Assembly (NCBI GenBank): GCA_027451705.1
Contig: DAIDIT010000013.1
Location: forward strand, 1 to 10,968
Direction: 5' to 3'
DNA: 10,968 nucleotides
Origin: Pseudomonadota bacterium
GTDB lineage: Bacteria; Myxococcota; Myxococcia; Myxococcales; JAKAPL01
The translations under genes and the position numbers were made by a program. This document shows, in pieces, positions 1 through 8,802 of the stretch. The notes beneath the pieces are model-generated. The model had not been told where the DNA came from. It ran no database searches and saw only the letters and a program-made list of their open reading frames with translations. Each line of letters starts with the position of its first letter. Position 1 is the stretch's first letter.

Positions 1-2013
1 GACATCCTCGAGTTCATCCGCTGCAAGGCCGAGGAGGAGAAGAAGGCCTGGGCGCTCATCGACGCGGGCTACGACGCGAGCTTCAACGGCGTCGCGTACT
101 CGTCCATCTTCTTCCAGAACTCGAACAACTCGGTCCGCGCGACCGACGCGTTCATGCAGGCGGTGGTCGAAGATCGCGAATGGGTCACGCGGGCGGTCAC
201 GGACGACCGGCCGATGGACCGCTACCAGGCGCGGGCGCTGTTCCGCGAGATTGCGGAGGCCGCGCACGCCTGCGGCGACCCGGGGCTCCAGTTCGACAGC
301 ACGATCAACGACTGGCACACCTGCCCGGCGACCGGCCGCATCAACGCGAGCAACCCGTGCAGCGAGTACATGTTCCTCGACGACACGGCGTGCAACCTCG
401 CGTCGCTCAACCTGATGCACTTCCGGACGATCGACGGCGACATCGACGTCGAGGCATTCAAGCACGCCGTCGACGTCTTCATCCTCGCGCAGGAGATCAT
501 CGTCGACAACGCGCGTTATCCCACCGAGAAGATCGCCGAGAACAGCCACGCCTTCAGGCCACTCGGGCTGGGCTACGCGAACCTCGGCGCGCTCCTGATG
601 TCGCGCGGACTCGCCTACGACGGCGACGCCGGACGGGCGTACGCCGCGGCCGTGACTGCGCTGATGTGCGGCGAGGCGTACGCGATGAGCGCGCGGATCG
701 CCGGTCACCTCGGGCCGTTCGAGGGGCACGCGGCGAACCGCGAGGCGATGCTGCGGGTCATCGGAAAGCACGGCGGCTATGCGGAGCGGATCTCCGACGA
801 GGTCTGCCCGCCGGAGTTGCTCGCGGCGGCCCGTGACGCCTGGCGGGAGGCGCTCGCCGAGGGCCGGCAGCACGGCTACCGCAACTCGCAGGTGACCGTC
901 CTCGCGCCGACGGGGACCATCGGCTTCATGATGGACTGCGACACGACCGGCATCGAGCCGGACATCGCGCTCATCAAGTACAAGAAGCTGGTCGGCGGCG
1001 GGATGCTCAAGATCGTCAACAATACGGTGCCCGGGGCCTTGCAGCGGCTGGGTTACGGCCACGAGGCGGTGGGCCGGATCCTGGCCTACCTCGACGAGCA
1101 CGAGACGATCGAGGGCGCGCCCGACCTCCGCGCCGAGCACCTGCCGGTCTTCGACTGCGCCTTCAAGCCGGCGTCCGGGACGCGCAGCATCCACTACATG
1201 GGCCACGTCAAGATGATGGCGGCGGTACAGCCGTTCCTTTCCGGCGCCATCTCAAAGACCGTCAACCTGCCGCAGCAGGCCACCGTCGCGGACATCGAAG
1301 AGGCGTACCTCGAGGCATGGAAGCTCGGTCTCAAGGCCGTCGCGGTGTACCGGGACGGTTGCAAGCGGGCGCAGCCGCTCAACACGGGAAAGACGGCGGT
1401 GGTCGAGCCGGCGGAGGCGCGGCCTGCCCGACGCCGGCTGCCGGAGGAGCGGAAGGCGATCACGCACAAGTTCTCGATCGGCGGCCACGAGGGCTACCTC
1501 ACCGTCGGTATGTACGAGGACGGCAGCCCGGGTGAACTGTTCTGCGTGATGGCGAAGGAGGGCTCGGTGGTCTCCGGGCTGATGGACAGCTTCGCCACCG
1601 CCATCTCGCTCGCCCTCCAGTACGGCGTGCCGCTCCAAGTCCTGGTCGACAAGTTCAGCCACGTCCGCTTCGAGCCCTCGGGCTTCACCGGCAATCCCCA
1701 ACTCCCCATCGCGAAGTCGATCGTCGACTACGTCTTCCGCTGGATGGCGATGAAGTTCCTGCCGCAGCCGGCGGAGGTGACGGAAGTGAGCCCGGAGTTC
1801 GCAGAGGCCGTGCAGCAGGTGCTGCCCGAGCCGAAGACCGAGCGGGCTGCCGGTGGGGTTGGCGTCTCGCTGGCCGGGAAGGGTTCGGCTCCGAGCTTCG
1901 CAATCCAGACGGAGACCGATGCCCCGCCCTGTCACACCTGCGGGAGCATCATGGTCCGCAGCGGTGCCTGCTACAAGTGTGCGAACTGCGGCTCCACCTC
2001 CGGCTGCTCGTGA
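1..2013 (+). CDS. nrdJ: Class II (adenosylcobalamin-dependent) ribonucleotide reductase, C-terminal ~670 aa; 5' end lies outside the window
   Basis: Frame 1 is open from nt 1 (DILEFIRCKAEEEKKAWALIDAGYDASFNGVAYSSIFFQNSNNSVRATDAFMQAV...). It carries the class II RNR active-site region NPCSEYMFLDDTACNLASLNL and a C-terminal zinc ribbon CHTCGS...CYKCANCGS. Stop TGA at 2011-2013. The ORF track lists only 154..2013 because it begins at the first Met. Confidence 0.9.
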   Translation, partial: DILEFIRCKAEEEKKAWALIDAGYDASFNGVAYSSIFFQNSNNSVRATDAFMQAVVEDREWVTRAVTDDRPMDRYQARALFREIAEAAHACGDPGLQFDSTINDWHTCPATGRINASNPCSEYMFLDDTACNLASLNLMHFRTIDGDIDVEAFKHAVDVFILAQEIIVDNARYPTEKIAENSHAFRPLGLGYANLGALLMSRGLAYDGDAGRAYAAAVTALMCGEAYAMSARIAGHLGPFEGHAANREAMLRVIGKHGGYAERISDEVCPPELLAAARDAWREALAEGRQHGYRNSQVTVLAPTGTIGFMMDCDTTGIEPDIALIKYKKLVGGGMLKIVNNTVPGALQRLGYGHEAVGRILAYLDEHETIEGAPDLRAEHLPVFDCAFKPASGTRSIHYMGHVKMMAAVQPFLSGAISKTVNLPQQATVADIEEAYLEAWKLGLKAVAVYRDGCKRAQPLNTGKTAVVEPAEARPARRRLPEERKAITHKFSIGGHEGYLTVGMYEDGSPGELFCVMAKEGSVVSGLMDSFATAISLALQYGVPLQVLVDKFSHVRFEPSGFTGNPQLPIAKSIVDYVFRWMAMKFLPQPAEVTEVSPEFAEAVQQVLPEPKTERAAGGVGVSLAGKGSAPSFAIQTETDAPPCHTCGSIMVRSGACYKCANCGSTSGCS

Positions 2014-2065
2014 GCGTCGCCGCGCCGGCGAGACAGGAGGGGCCGCGAAGCCCCTTCGAGCCGGC

Positions 2066-2070
2066 GGAGG
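2066..2070 (+). promoter_or_regulatory. Shine-Dalgarno GGAGG 10 nt upstream of the DUF1697 ATG
   Basis: GGAGG at 2066-2070 and ATG at 2081, giving canonical spacing. Confidence 0.5.
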
Positions 2071-2080
2071 ATCGGTCGGG

Positions 2081-2614
2081 ATGAAGCGCTGGGTGTTGCT
2101 GCTCCGCGGCGTGAACGTGGGCAAGGGCAACGTCCTACCCACGGACGAGTTGCGTGCGATGCTCGAGAAGCTCGAGTGCGCCGACGTGCGGACGTACGTG
2201 CAGAGCGGCAACGCCGTCTTCTCGTCCGCGCTCCCCGCAGCCCCGCTCACCGAGGGGATTGAACGCGCGCTCGAGCGCTACATGGGCCGCCCCATCGACA
2301 CCACGCTGCGCACACGGCCACAGATGGCGGCGATCGTCGCAGGGAACCCGTTCGAGCGGGTGGCGAGGAGCCACTCGAACCTCTGCGTGACTTTTCTCTC
2401 GCACCGGCCGAGGCCGTCGGAGGTGGCGCCGCTCCAGGCCCGAGATTTCGGGCCCGAGCTCTTCCGGATCGAGGGGCGGGAGATCTACACCTGGCATCCG
2501 AACGGCCAGGGCGAGAGCCCGCTGCGCGAGGCGCTGTGGAAGCTCCCTCTGCGCGGCGCGGTGACCACCCGCAACTGGAACACCGTCCGCAAGCTGGTCG
2601 AGATGCTCGCCTGA
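2081..2614 (+). CDS. DUF1697 domain-containing protein (177 aa)
   Basis: MKRWVLLLRGVNVGKGNVLPTDELRAMLEKLECADVRTYVQSGNAVFSS matches the conserved N-terminus of the DUF1697 family. The ATG at 2081 has a good RBS. The longer track ORF from 1853 overlaps nrdJ and was rejected. Stop TGA at 2612-2614. Confidence 0.8.
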   Translation: MKRWVLLLRGVNVGKGNVLPTDELRAMLEKLECADVRTYVQSGNAVFSSALPAAPLTEGIERALERYMGRPIDTTLRTRPQMAAIVAGNPFERVARSHSNLCVTFLSHRPRPSEVAPLQARDFGPELFRIEGREIYTWHPNGQGESPLREALWKLPLRGAVTTRNWNTVRKLVEMLA

Positions 2615-2647
2615 CGGTGGCGACCGTGGAAGGGGCGACGCGGAAGG

Positions 2648-2676
2648 TTGCGCGGGATCTTCGAAGTGCGTAGGGT
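2648..2676 (+). promoter_or_regulatory. Candidate sigma70-type promoter for the ferredoxin cluster (-35 TTGCGC 2648-2653, 17-bp spacer, -10 TAGGGT 2671-2676)
   Basis: Hexamer spacing is 17 bp and the -10 fits the TAnnnT pattern. The predicted TSS (~2683) falls inside the AGTGAC palindrome. The assignment rests on the sequence pattern only. Confidence 0.25.
2660..2668. repeat. TTCGAAGTG motif, copy 1 (palindromic core CTTCGAAG 2659-2666)
   Basis: The exact 9-mer recurs at 3040-3048, and a GAAGTG half recurs 16 bp downstream at 2679-2684. Confidence 0.6.
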
Positions 2677-2679
2677 AGA

Positions 2680-2707
2680 AGTGACCAGCGACGGCTTGGC
2701 CGTCACT
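2680..2707. repeat. Inverted repeat AGTGAC-N16-GTCACT with nested hairpin GACGGC-TTG-GCCGTC, ending 10 nt before the ferredoxin start
   Basis: AGTGAC at 2680-2685 and GTCACT at 2702-2707. The inner GACGGC 2690-2695 pairs with GCCGTC 2699-2704. Confidence 0.55.
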
Positions 2708-2717
2708 CGAGGTCGCC

Positions 2718-3032
2718 TTGCCTCCATTCGAACGGCACGTCTTCGTCTGCGAGAATCGCCGCCCACCCGGTCACCCGAAGGGCTGCTGCGCCGAGAAGGG
2801 CTCGGAGGCCGTCCGCGCGGCGTTCAAAGCCGAACTGGCGCGACGCGGACTGGAAGGCAAGGTTCGGGCGAACGCGGCGGGCTGCCTCGACGCCTGCGAG
2901 AACGGCGTGGCCCTCGTGGTCTATCCCGAGCAGGTCTGGTACGGCCGGGTGACCGTCGCGGACGTTCCCGAGATCGTCGAAGAGCATCTCGTCAACGGCC
3001 GTCCCGTGGTCCGGCTGCAGATCTACCGATAG
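2718..3032 (+). CDS. Thioredoxin-like [2Fe-2S] ferredoxin (104 aa), TTG start
   Basis: HVFVCENRRPPGHPKGCCAEKGS...AAGCLDACENGVALVVYPEQVWYGRVTVADVPEIVEEHL is the four-Cys pattern (C11, C23/24, C56, C60) of the thioredoxin-like 2Fe-2S ferredoxin family. The frame is closed by TGA at 2682-2684, so TTG 2718 is the first available start. Stop TAG at 3030-3032. Confidence 0.75.
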   Translation: MPPFERHVFVCENRRPPGHPKGCCAEKGSEAVRAAFKAELARRGLEGKVRANAAGCLDACENGVALVVYPEQVWYGRVTVADVPEIVEEHLVNGRPVVRLQIYR

Positions 3033-3039
3033 CGAGAGT

Positions 3040-3048
3040 TTCGAAGTG
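3040..3048. repeat. TTCGAAGTG motif, copy 2 (between the ferredoxin and PEGA genes)
   Basis: Exact 9-mer repeat of 2660-2668. It is followed by the short hairpin CACGG-tggc-CCGTG. Confidence 0.6.
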
Positions 3049-3081
3049 GCACGGTGGCCCGTGTGCTAAATTGACGGCCGC

Positions 3082-4062
3082 TTGGCCTGCCGTGCCGCGA
3101 TCGTCGTGCTCCTGTTCGCCGTGGCCTGCCGGCGCGTGCCGCCACCGGCCGCGACGGGCGGTTGGACCAAGGGGCCGTACATAGCGAGCGAGCCGCCCGG
3201 GGCCGACATCGTCCTCGACGGACAGCCGACCGGACGGCGCACGCCGGCGCAGATCGAGACCTGGGACCCGCTCGTCGGGCATTCGCTTCGCATCGAGAGC
3301 CCGGGGCGTGTACCGTTCCGCGAGTTGATCGAGCCGGGAGCGCCGCCCGCCCGCGTCGACGCTCGGCTGGCCATCGCGGCGAATCTCGAGGTCGAGACGG
3401 AGCCTCCCGGGGCGCTGCTGCACCTCGGCGGGAACATAGAGGGCGCGACCCCGGTGACGCTGCCGATCGCGGCCGACGTGCCGGTGTCGTACCGGATCTC
3501 GCTGGACGGCTACCTGGACAGCTCGGGCACGGCGAGGGCCGCCGCCGGAGCGACGCTCGTCCAGCACCTCGTCCTGACTCGCGCGGCGACCGCCTACTTC
3601 GAATCCGACCCCCTGGACGCGCTGCTCGTCGTCGACGGAAAGCCCGCCGGCCACACGCCGGAGCAGCTCCCGGTCGAGGCGGGTATCGAGCACGTCGTCC
3701 GAATGGCGCTGCCGGGCCTCTCTCCGTGCCAGCAGCGGTTCCGGCTTGCCTGGAAGGAATCGCGGCGGGTCGCTTGCGACCTCGACGACGCGGAGGGCCG
3801 CCGGTTGGGAATCGTCCTCGCCGGCACGCGCGAACGGATCGCGCAGCTCAAGCGCCGCCTCGCTGCGATGCCGCTGCACGAGCAGTACTTCCTCGCGAAC
3901 GTCGCGAACGATCGGGAGCGCAACCGGATCGAGGATGCGCTCGAGCGGCTCGCGGACGACGAAGACCGCGAGCAGGCGGACATCGACGCGCACCGGGCCG
4001 ATCTCGAGAGCCGCTTCGAGGCGCGTGGCGACGGCGGTGCGGAGAGCGGGACCGGGCCATGA
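3082..4062 (+). CDS. Secreted/lipoprotein-type protein with three PEGA domains and a C-terminal coiled-coil/acidic tail (326 aa), TTG start
   Basis: The N-terminus MACRAAIVVLLFAVAC-RR has a signal peptide with an AVAC lipobox-like/AXA site. Three PEGA signatures are present: PPGADIVLDGQPTGRRTP, PPGALLHLGGNIEGATPVTL and DALLVVDGKPAGHTPEQLPV. An in-frame TAA at 3067-3069 upstream forces the start to be at or after 3082. The stop TGA 4060-4062 overlaps the next ATG. Confidence 0.7.
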   Translation: MACRAAIVVLLFAVACRRVPPPAATGGWTKGPYIASEPPGADIVLDGQPTGRRTPAQIETWDPLVGHSLRIESPGRVPFRELIEPGAPPARVDARLAIAANLEVETEPPGALLHLGGNIEGATPVTLPIAADVPVSYRISLDGYLDSSGTARAAAGATLVQHLVLTRAATAYFESDPLDALLVVDGKPAGHTPEQLPVEAGIEHVVRMALPGLSPCQQRFRLAWKESRRVACDLDDAEGRRLGIVLAGTRERIAQLKRRLAAMPLHEQYFLANVANDRERNRIEDALERLADDEDREQADIDAHRADLESRFEARGDGGAESGTGP

Positions 4063-5210
4063 GCCCTCCGAAGGTGGTCCTCGCCCACGACTGGCTGACC
4101 GGGATGCGCGGCGGCGAGCGCGTCCTCGAACAGCTCTGCCGGATGTTCCCCGACGCCCCGGTCTACACGCTGCTGCACGAGCGCGGGACGGTCTCTCCCG
4201 CCATCGAGCGGCGGCGCGTCGTGACCTCCTGGCTCCAGCGCCTGCCGGCTCCGTTGCGCGGGCGCTACCGCGGTCTCTTGCCGCTCATGCCGGCCGCCGT
4301 CGGGACGCTCCGCGTGGAGCCGTGCGACCTCCTCCTGAGCGTCTCGCACTGCGCGATCAAGTCGCTTCGGCCGCCTCCGGGGGCGCGCCACCTCTGCTAC
4401 GTGCTGACCCCGATGCGCTACGTCTGGGATCAGCGTGACGCCTACTTCGGCCCCGGGCGTGCGGCCCCGGCGACGCGCGCTCTCGCCTGGGCCGGCATTC
4501 CAGCGCTGCGCCGCTGGGACGCCGCGACCGCCGCGCGCGTCGACCGCTTCGTCGCGATCTCGCGGGAAGTGGCCGCCCGCGTCCGGAGCGCGTGGGGGCG
4601 CTCGGCCGGGCTCGTGCACCCACCGGTCGAACTCGAACGCTTCGAACCGACGCCGACGCCCAATGCCGGAGGCTACTTCCTGATGGTCACCGCGTTCGCC
4701 CCCTACAAGCGCGTCGACGTCGCGCTCGAGGCCTTTCGCCGCCTCGGGCTGCCGCTCAAGGTGGTCGGGGGAGGGCAGGACGCCGGGCGGCTGTGGCCGC
4801 TCTTCGGCGGATCGGTCGAATGGCTGGGCGCGCGGTCGGACGAAGAGGTCGCCGCGCTCTACCGCGGCTGTCGAGCCTTCGTCATGCCGGGCGAGGAGGA
4901 TTTCGGCCTGACTCCCCTCGAGGCACAGGCCAGCGGGCGTCCCGTCATCGCGCTCGGCCGTGGCGGCGTGCTCGACACGGTCGTGCCCCTCGGGGCGGAT
5001 TCCGCGCCGACGGGCGTGCTCTACGGCCAGGACGGAGACGACGGCATCGAGGGTCTCGCCGCCGCCGTCCAGCGCTTCGTCGCGGCCGAAGGGGCCTTCG
5101 ACCCTGGCGCCTGCCGCCGTCAAGCGGAGCGCTTTTCGCCGGAGGCGTTCCGGACGGGCCTGGGGTCGGAGATCGATCGCCTCTTGGCCGAGCCCGGGGG
5201 CCGGCTGTAA
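4059..5210 (+). CDS. Glycosyltransferase family 4 (GT-B, Glycos_transf_1) protein, 383 aa
   Basis: The N-terminus is MSPPKVVLAHDWLTGMRGGERVLEQLCRMFPDAPVYTL. The C-terminal EX7E motif is FVMPGEEDFGLTPLEAQASGRPVIA. The ATG at 4059 overlaps the upstream stop (ATGA), indicating translational coupling. The longer track ORF from 3162 is the same frame read through the PEGA gene. Stop TAA at 5208-5210. Confidence 0.85.
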   Translation: MSPPKVVLAHDWLTGMRGGERVLEQLCRMFPDAPVYTLLHERGTVSPAIERRRVVTSWLQRLPAPLRGRYRGLLPLMPAAVGTLRVEPCDLLLSVSHCAIKSLRPPPGARHLCYVLTPMRYVWDQRDAYFGPGRAAPATRALAWAGIPALRRWDAATAARVDRFVAISREVAARVRSAWGRSAGLVHPPVELERFEPTPTPNAGGYFLMVTAFAPYKRVDVALEAFRRLGLPLKVVGGGQDAGRLWPLFGGSVEWLGARSDEEVAALYRGCRAFVMPGEEDFGLTPLEAQASGRPVIALGRGGVLDTVVPLGADSAPTGVLYGQDGDDGIEGLAAAVQRFVAAEGAFDPGACRRQAERFSPEAFRTGLGSEIDRLLAEPGGRL

Positions 5211-5225
5211 GCTCCACGGCCGGTC

Positions 5226-6611
<1,386 letters not shown>

Positions 6612-6623
<12 letters not shown>

Positions 6624-6644
6624 GCCTTCTTGAACTCAGCCGTT
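6612..6644. terminator. Imperfect hairpin embedding both convergent stop codons (AACGcgtaCTGAG-ccttcttgaa-CTCAGccgTT); candidate bidirectional terminator
   Basis: CTGAG at 6620-6624 pairs with CTCAG at 6635-6639, and AACG at 6612-6615 pairs with CGTT at 6641-6644 across a bulge. The PGT stop TGA (6621-6623) and the flotillin stop (TCA at 6636-6638, minus strand) both lie in the stem. There is no clear U-tract. Confidence 0.3.
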
Positions 6645-8642
6645 GCCGTTCTTCGCCACCACGTTGCCGTGGGGGCCGGGCGGAGGGGTGGCGCCCTGCG
6701 AGAGGCTCTGGCGGATCTGGTTCCGGAGCTCGAGCGCGTGCGGGTCGGGCGGGGCGATCGGAGCCGCGGCGATGCCTCCCACCCGGTCCGCGAGGAGCAT
6801 CGAGAGCAGCGCCTCGAGGAGGTTCCCGCCGCCCGGGCTCTTGCCGTCCCCCCCGCCGACGACGATCTTCGGGACCACGTCGACGCGCGACTGTTGGATC
6901 GCCTCGGCGAAGCGGTTCATCACCGCCTGGGTGATCTGGTACTGCGGTCCGCCGTAGGCGCGGACCAGTTCCTCGGCGGCGATGGCCTGACCGACGCCGA
7001 TGCGCGCGGCCTTCTCGGCCTCGGCCTCGGCCAGCGCGCGAATCTGCGCGGCCTGCTGGACCGAGCGCTGGTACTCCGCCTTGCCCTGGTTCTCCTGGAT
7101 GGCGATGCCGATCTCCGACTGGGTCAGCGGCGCCTGCTGTGCGGCCTTGGCCTCCGCCTCGCGCAGCTCCCGCTCCTTGACCGCCGCCGTCTGCTGGCGG
7201 GCGTAGGTCAGGACCTGCTCCTCGGCGATCTGCCGCTCGCGGAGCTGCGTCAGGATCTTCTCGATGTGGTTGTCGCCCTCGGGCGACTGCGGGGTGCCGA
7301 TCAGCACCTCCTCCAGCTCGAGGTTGTAGCGGGCGAAGTTCTCCTTCATCTGCTCGGAGGCGACCTTCTGGATCTGGTTGCGCTCCTGGATGAGGTCGAT
7401 CAGCGTGCGGGTCTGGCCGACGTCTTTGAAGTAGGCGGAGACGAGCGGGTCGAGAGTCTGCTCGACGAGCCGCTTGATGTCGCCAAAGCGCTGGATGACG
7501 AGCGGCGCCTGCCGGTAGTCGATGTGGAGCACGACCGAGACCGGAAGAAGCGGCTCGAAGGCGTCCTTCGTAATCAGCGCCACCTCGGCGAGGTTCTCGT
7601 CGTAGCCGTGGCTGCCGACGGCGTTCTTGATCCACTTGAGGATGACGTTCGTCGTCGGAACGGGGATGACCTTGCCGGCGTAGGTGTTGAAGGCGTACTT
7701 GCCGGGCAGCAGCGGGGTGTTCCAGACGCCGCGGTGGCCGGACGAGACCATCTCGCCGTGGCTGTAGTCCTTGCCGGACAGGTCCTCGCCGACGCTGCCG
7801 GTGTAGGAGACGACGACCCCGGCGTAGCCCACGTCGATGATCGTCTTCGGGATCGTCTCCACGGTCGCGAAGAGCCGGTTGATGTAGTAGGTGCCCTCGA
7901 CCAAAACTTGAAGTTGGCGGCCGCGGCGCCCACCGGCGTGCAGGAAGCGCTCTGGGTCCTGGAACTTGTTGTGGAACGTCTCGGGCTGGGCGGCGTCGTC
8001 TCCCACGAGCGGGGCGATGATCTCGTCCTGGGAGAGCGATGGCCCCTCGTGGACGGTGACGATGCCGATGACGTCGTCGGCGCCCTTGATGATGACCGGC
8101 TTGAACCCGTCGCGCTCGGCGATCTGCGCGGCCATCCGGCGGAAGAGGTCGTCGTCGCCCTTGTTCAGGGGCAGGTAGTAGAGGTTCTGGTCGGTCAGGA
8201 TAGCGAACTGCGCGAGGTTGATCGCGTAGGTGCCCTCGCGGAGGATGGCGCGCTGCGGTCCGCGCTGGCCGCCCTTGCGGAGGAAGCCCTCGGCGTCCTG
8301 GTAGTCGTTCGCCACGGCGTTCGACGCGAGCGTCTGGGTCGGCGGGAGCGGTCGTCCGTCGCGCGCGAAGACGTAGCCGATCTTGCCCTGCGGGATCGTG
8401 ACCAGCGGGACGATGTGGATGCGAAACTGGAAGGGAAAGAAGAGGTGCCAGCCGCCGCGCAGGACGTGCGGCTGGTAGCCGGCCTCGCCCTCGAGGGCGA
8501 TGAAGCCGGTCTTCACCGAGCCGCGGCCGGAAACGAGCTTCTCCACGATGCCGGCGCGATTGTTCGGGATGTAGCGGATGAAGCCGGAAAGGAGCAGCAC
8601 CAGAAGCGCGACGCTGGCGGCTGAAACGTAGACCATCCACAT
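6636..8642 (-). CDS. Flotillin / SPFH (band 7) family membrane protein, ~668 aa
   Basis: The N-terminal TM is MWMVYVSAASVALLVLLLSGFIRYI, followed by an SPFH domain. The flotillin-type E/A/Q-rich coiled-coil region is ...RELREAEAKAAQQAP...ALAEAEAEKAARIG..., and the C-terminus has VVPKIVVGGGDGKSPGGGNLLEALLSML. The start is assigned to the ATG at c8642 (M107 of the track ORF) with a G-rich RBS. The upstream 106 codons are low-complexity and overlap the divergent gene. Confidence 0.8.
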   Translation of the reverse strand: MWMVYVSAASVALLVLLLSGFIRYIPNNRAGIVEKLVSGRGSVKTGFIALEGEAGYQPHVLRGGWHLFFPFQFRIHIVPLVTIPQGKIGYVFARDGRPLPPTQTLASNAVANDYQDAEGFLRKGGQRGPQRAILREGTYAINLAQFAILTDQNLYYLPLNKGDDDLFRRMAAQIAERDGFKPVIIKGADDVIGIVTVHEGPSLSQDEIIAPLVGDDAAQPETFHNKFQDPERFLHAGGRRGRQLQVLVEGTYYINRLFATVETIPKTIIDVGYAGVVVSYTGSVGEDLSGKDYSHGEMVSSGHRGVWNTPLLPGKYAFNTYAGKVIPVPTTNVILKWIKNAVGSHGYDENLAEVALITKDAFEPLLPVSVVLHIDYRQAPLVIQRFGDIKRLVEQTLDPLVSAYFKDVGQTRTLIDLIQERNQIQKVASEQMKENFARYNLELEEVLIGTPQSPEGDNHIEKILTQLRERQIAEEQVLTYARQQTAAVKERELREAEAKAAQQAPLTQSEIGIAIQENQGKAEYQRSVQQAAQIRALAEAEAEKAARIGVGQAIAAEELVRAYGGPQYQITQAVMNRFAEAIQQSRVDVVPKIVVGGGDGKSPGGGNLLEALLSMLLADRVGGIAAAPIAPPDPHALELRNQIRQSLSQGATPPPGPHGNVVAKNGNG

Positions 8643-8683
8643 GGCGGCCCCCGGGACGAGGAAGGGAATGAACAGCGGCCGAC

Positions 8684-8711
8684 ACAGTAGCCCCTTGAGG
8701 CCGGCGGTCAA
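8684..8711 (-). promoter_or_regulatory. Candidate promoter for the flotillin gene (minus strand: -35 TTGACC c8711-8706, 16-bp spacer, -10 TACTGT c8689-8684)
   Basis: Read on the minus strand: ...cgcTTGACCgccggcctcaaggggcTACTGTgtcggc... It lies ~40 nt upstream of ATG c8642. Confidence 0.3.
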
Positions 8712-8727
8712 GCGCGTGCGCGAATCG

Positions 8728-8787
8728 CCCACGAAGTCCGGAGATCCTTCGTGACCCTTCGTGACTTGACGGTGACCCTTTCGTGAC
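8728..8787. repeat. Phased array of CTTCGTGAC / GTGAC repeats in the divergent flotillin-PAP2 intergenic region: four direct GTGAC cores at 8751, 8761, 8772 and 8783 (spacing 10/11/11 bp) plus one inverted copy CACGAAG at 8730-8736
   Basis: CCTTCGTGAC at 8746-8755 and 8756-8765 are tandem and exact. GACGGTGAC is at 8768-8776 and CTTTCGTGAC at 8777-8787. The inverted copy CACGAAG-tccggagatc-CTTCGTG forms a palindrome around TCCGGA. Confidence 0.65.
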
Positions 8788-8793
8788 GATATT
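8766..8793 (+). promoter_or_regulatory. Candidate promoter for the PAP2 gene (-35 TTGACG 8766-8771, 16-bp spacer, -10 GATATT 8788-8793); predicted TSS ~8800 implies a leaderless or near-leaderless mRNA
   Basis: The hexamers are overlapped by the GTGAC repeats. The ATG at 8803 lies 9 nt past the -10, and no SD sequence is present. Confidence 0.3.
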
Positions 8794-8802
8794 CCCCCGG
8801 CC

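Noticed and set aside
180-836. 218-aa +2-frame ORF inside nrdJ
   Set aside because: It is fully embedded in the nrdJ coding region in another frame and has a low-complexity R/G/P-rich translation.
2038-2055. Stem-loop AGGGGC-cgcgaa-GCCCCT just downstream of nrdJ as an intrinsic terminator
   Set aside because: It has only a 6-bp stem and no downstream U-tract (followed by TCGAGCCGG), and it sits immediately before the RBS of the next gene. It is more likely a stabilising or incidental hairpin, so it was not called as a terminator.
1853-2080. Longer 253-aa form of the DUF1697 ORF starting inside nrdJ
   Set aside because: It would overlap the nrdJ 3' end by 160 nt in another frame. The ATG at 2081 has a canonical GGAGG RBS and matches the conserved family N-terminus (MKRWVLLLRGVNVG).
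3162-4058. 682-aa reading of the GT4 ORF beginning at 3162
   Set aside because: This frame upstream of 4059 encodes Arg/Pro-rich junk and overlaps the well-supported PEGA gene. The ATG at 4059 overlapping the PEGA stop (ATGA) is the natural start.
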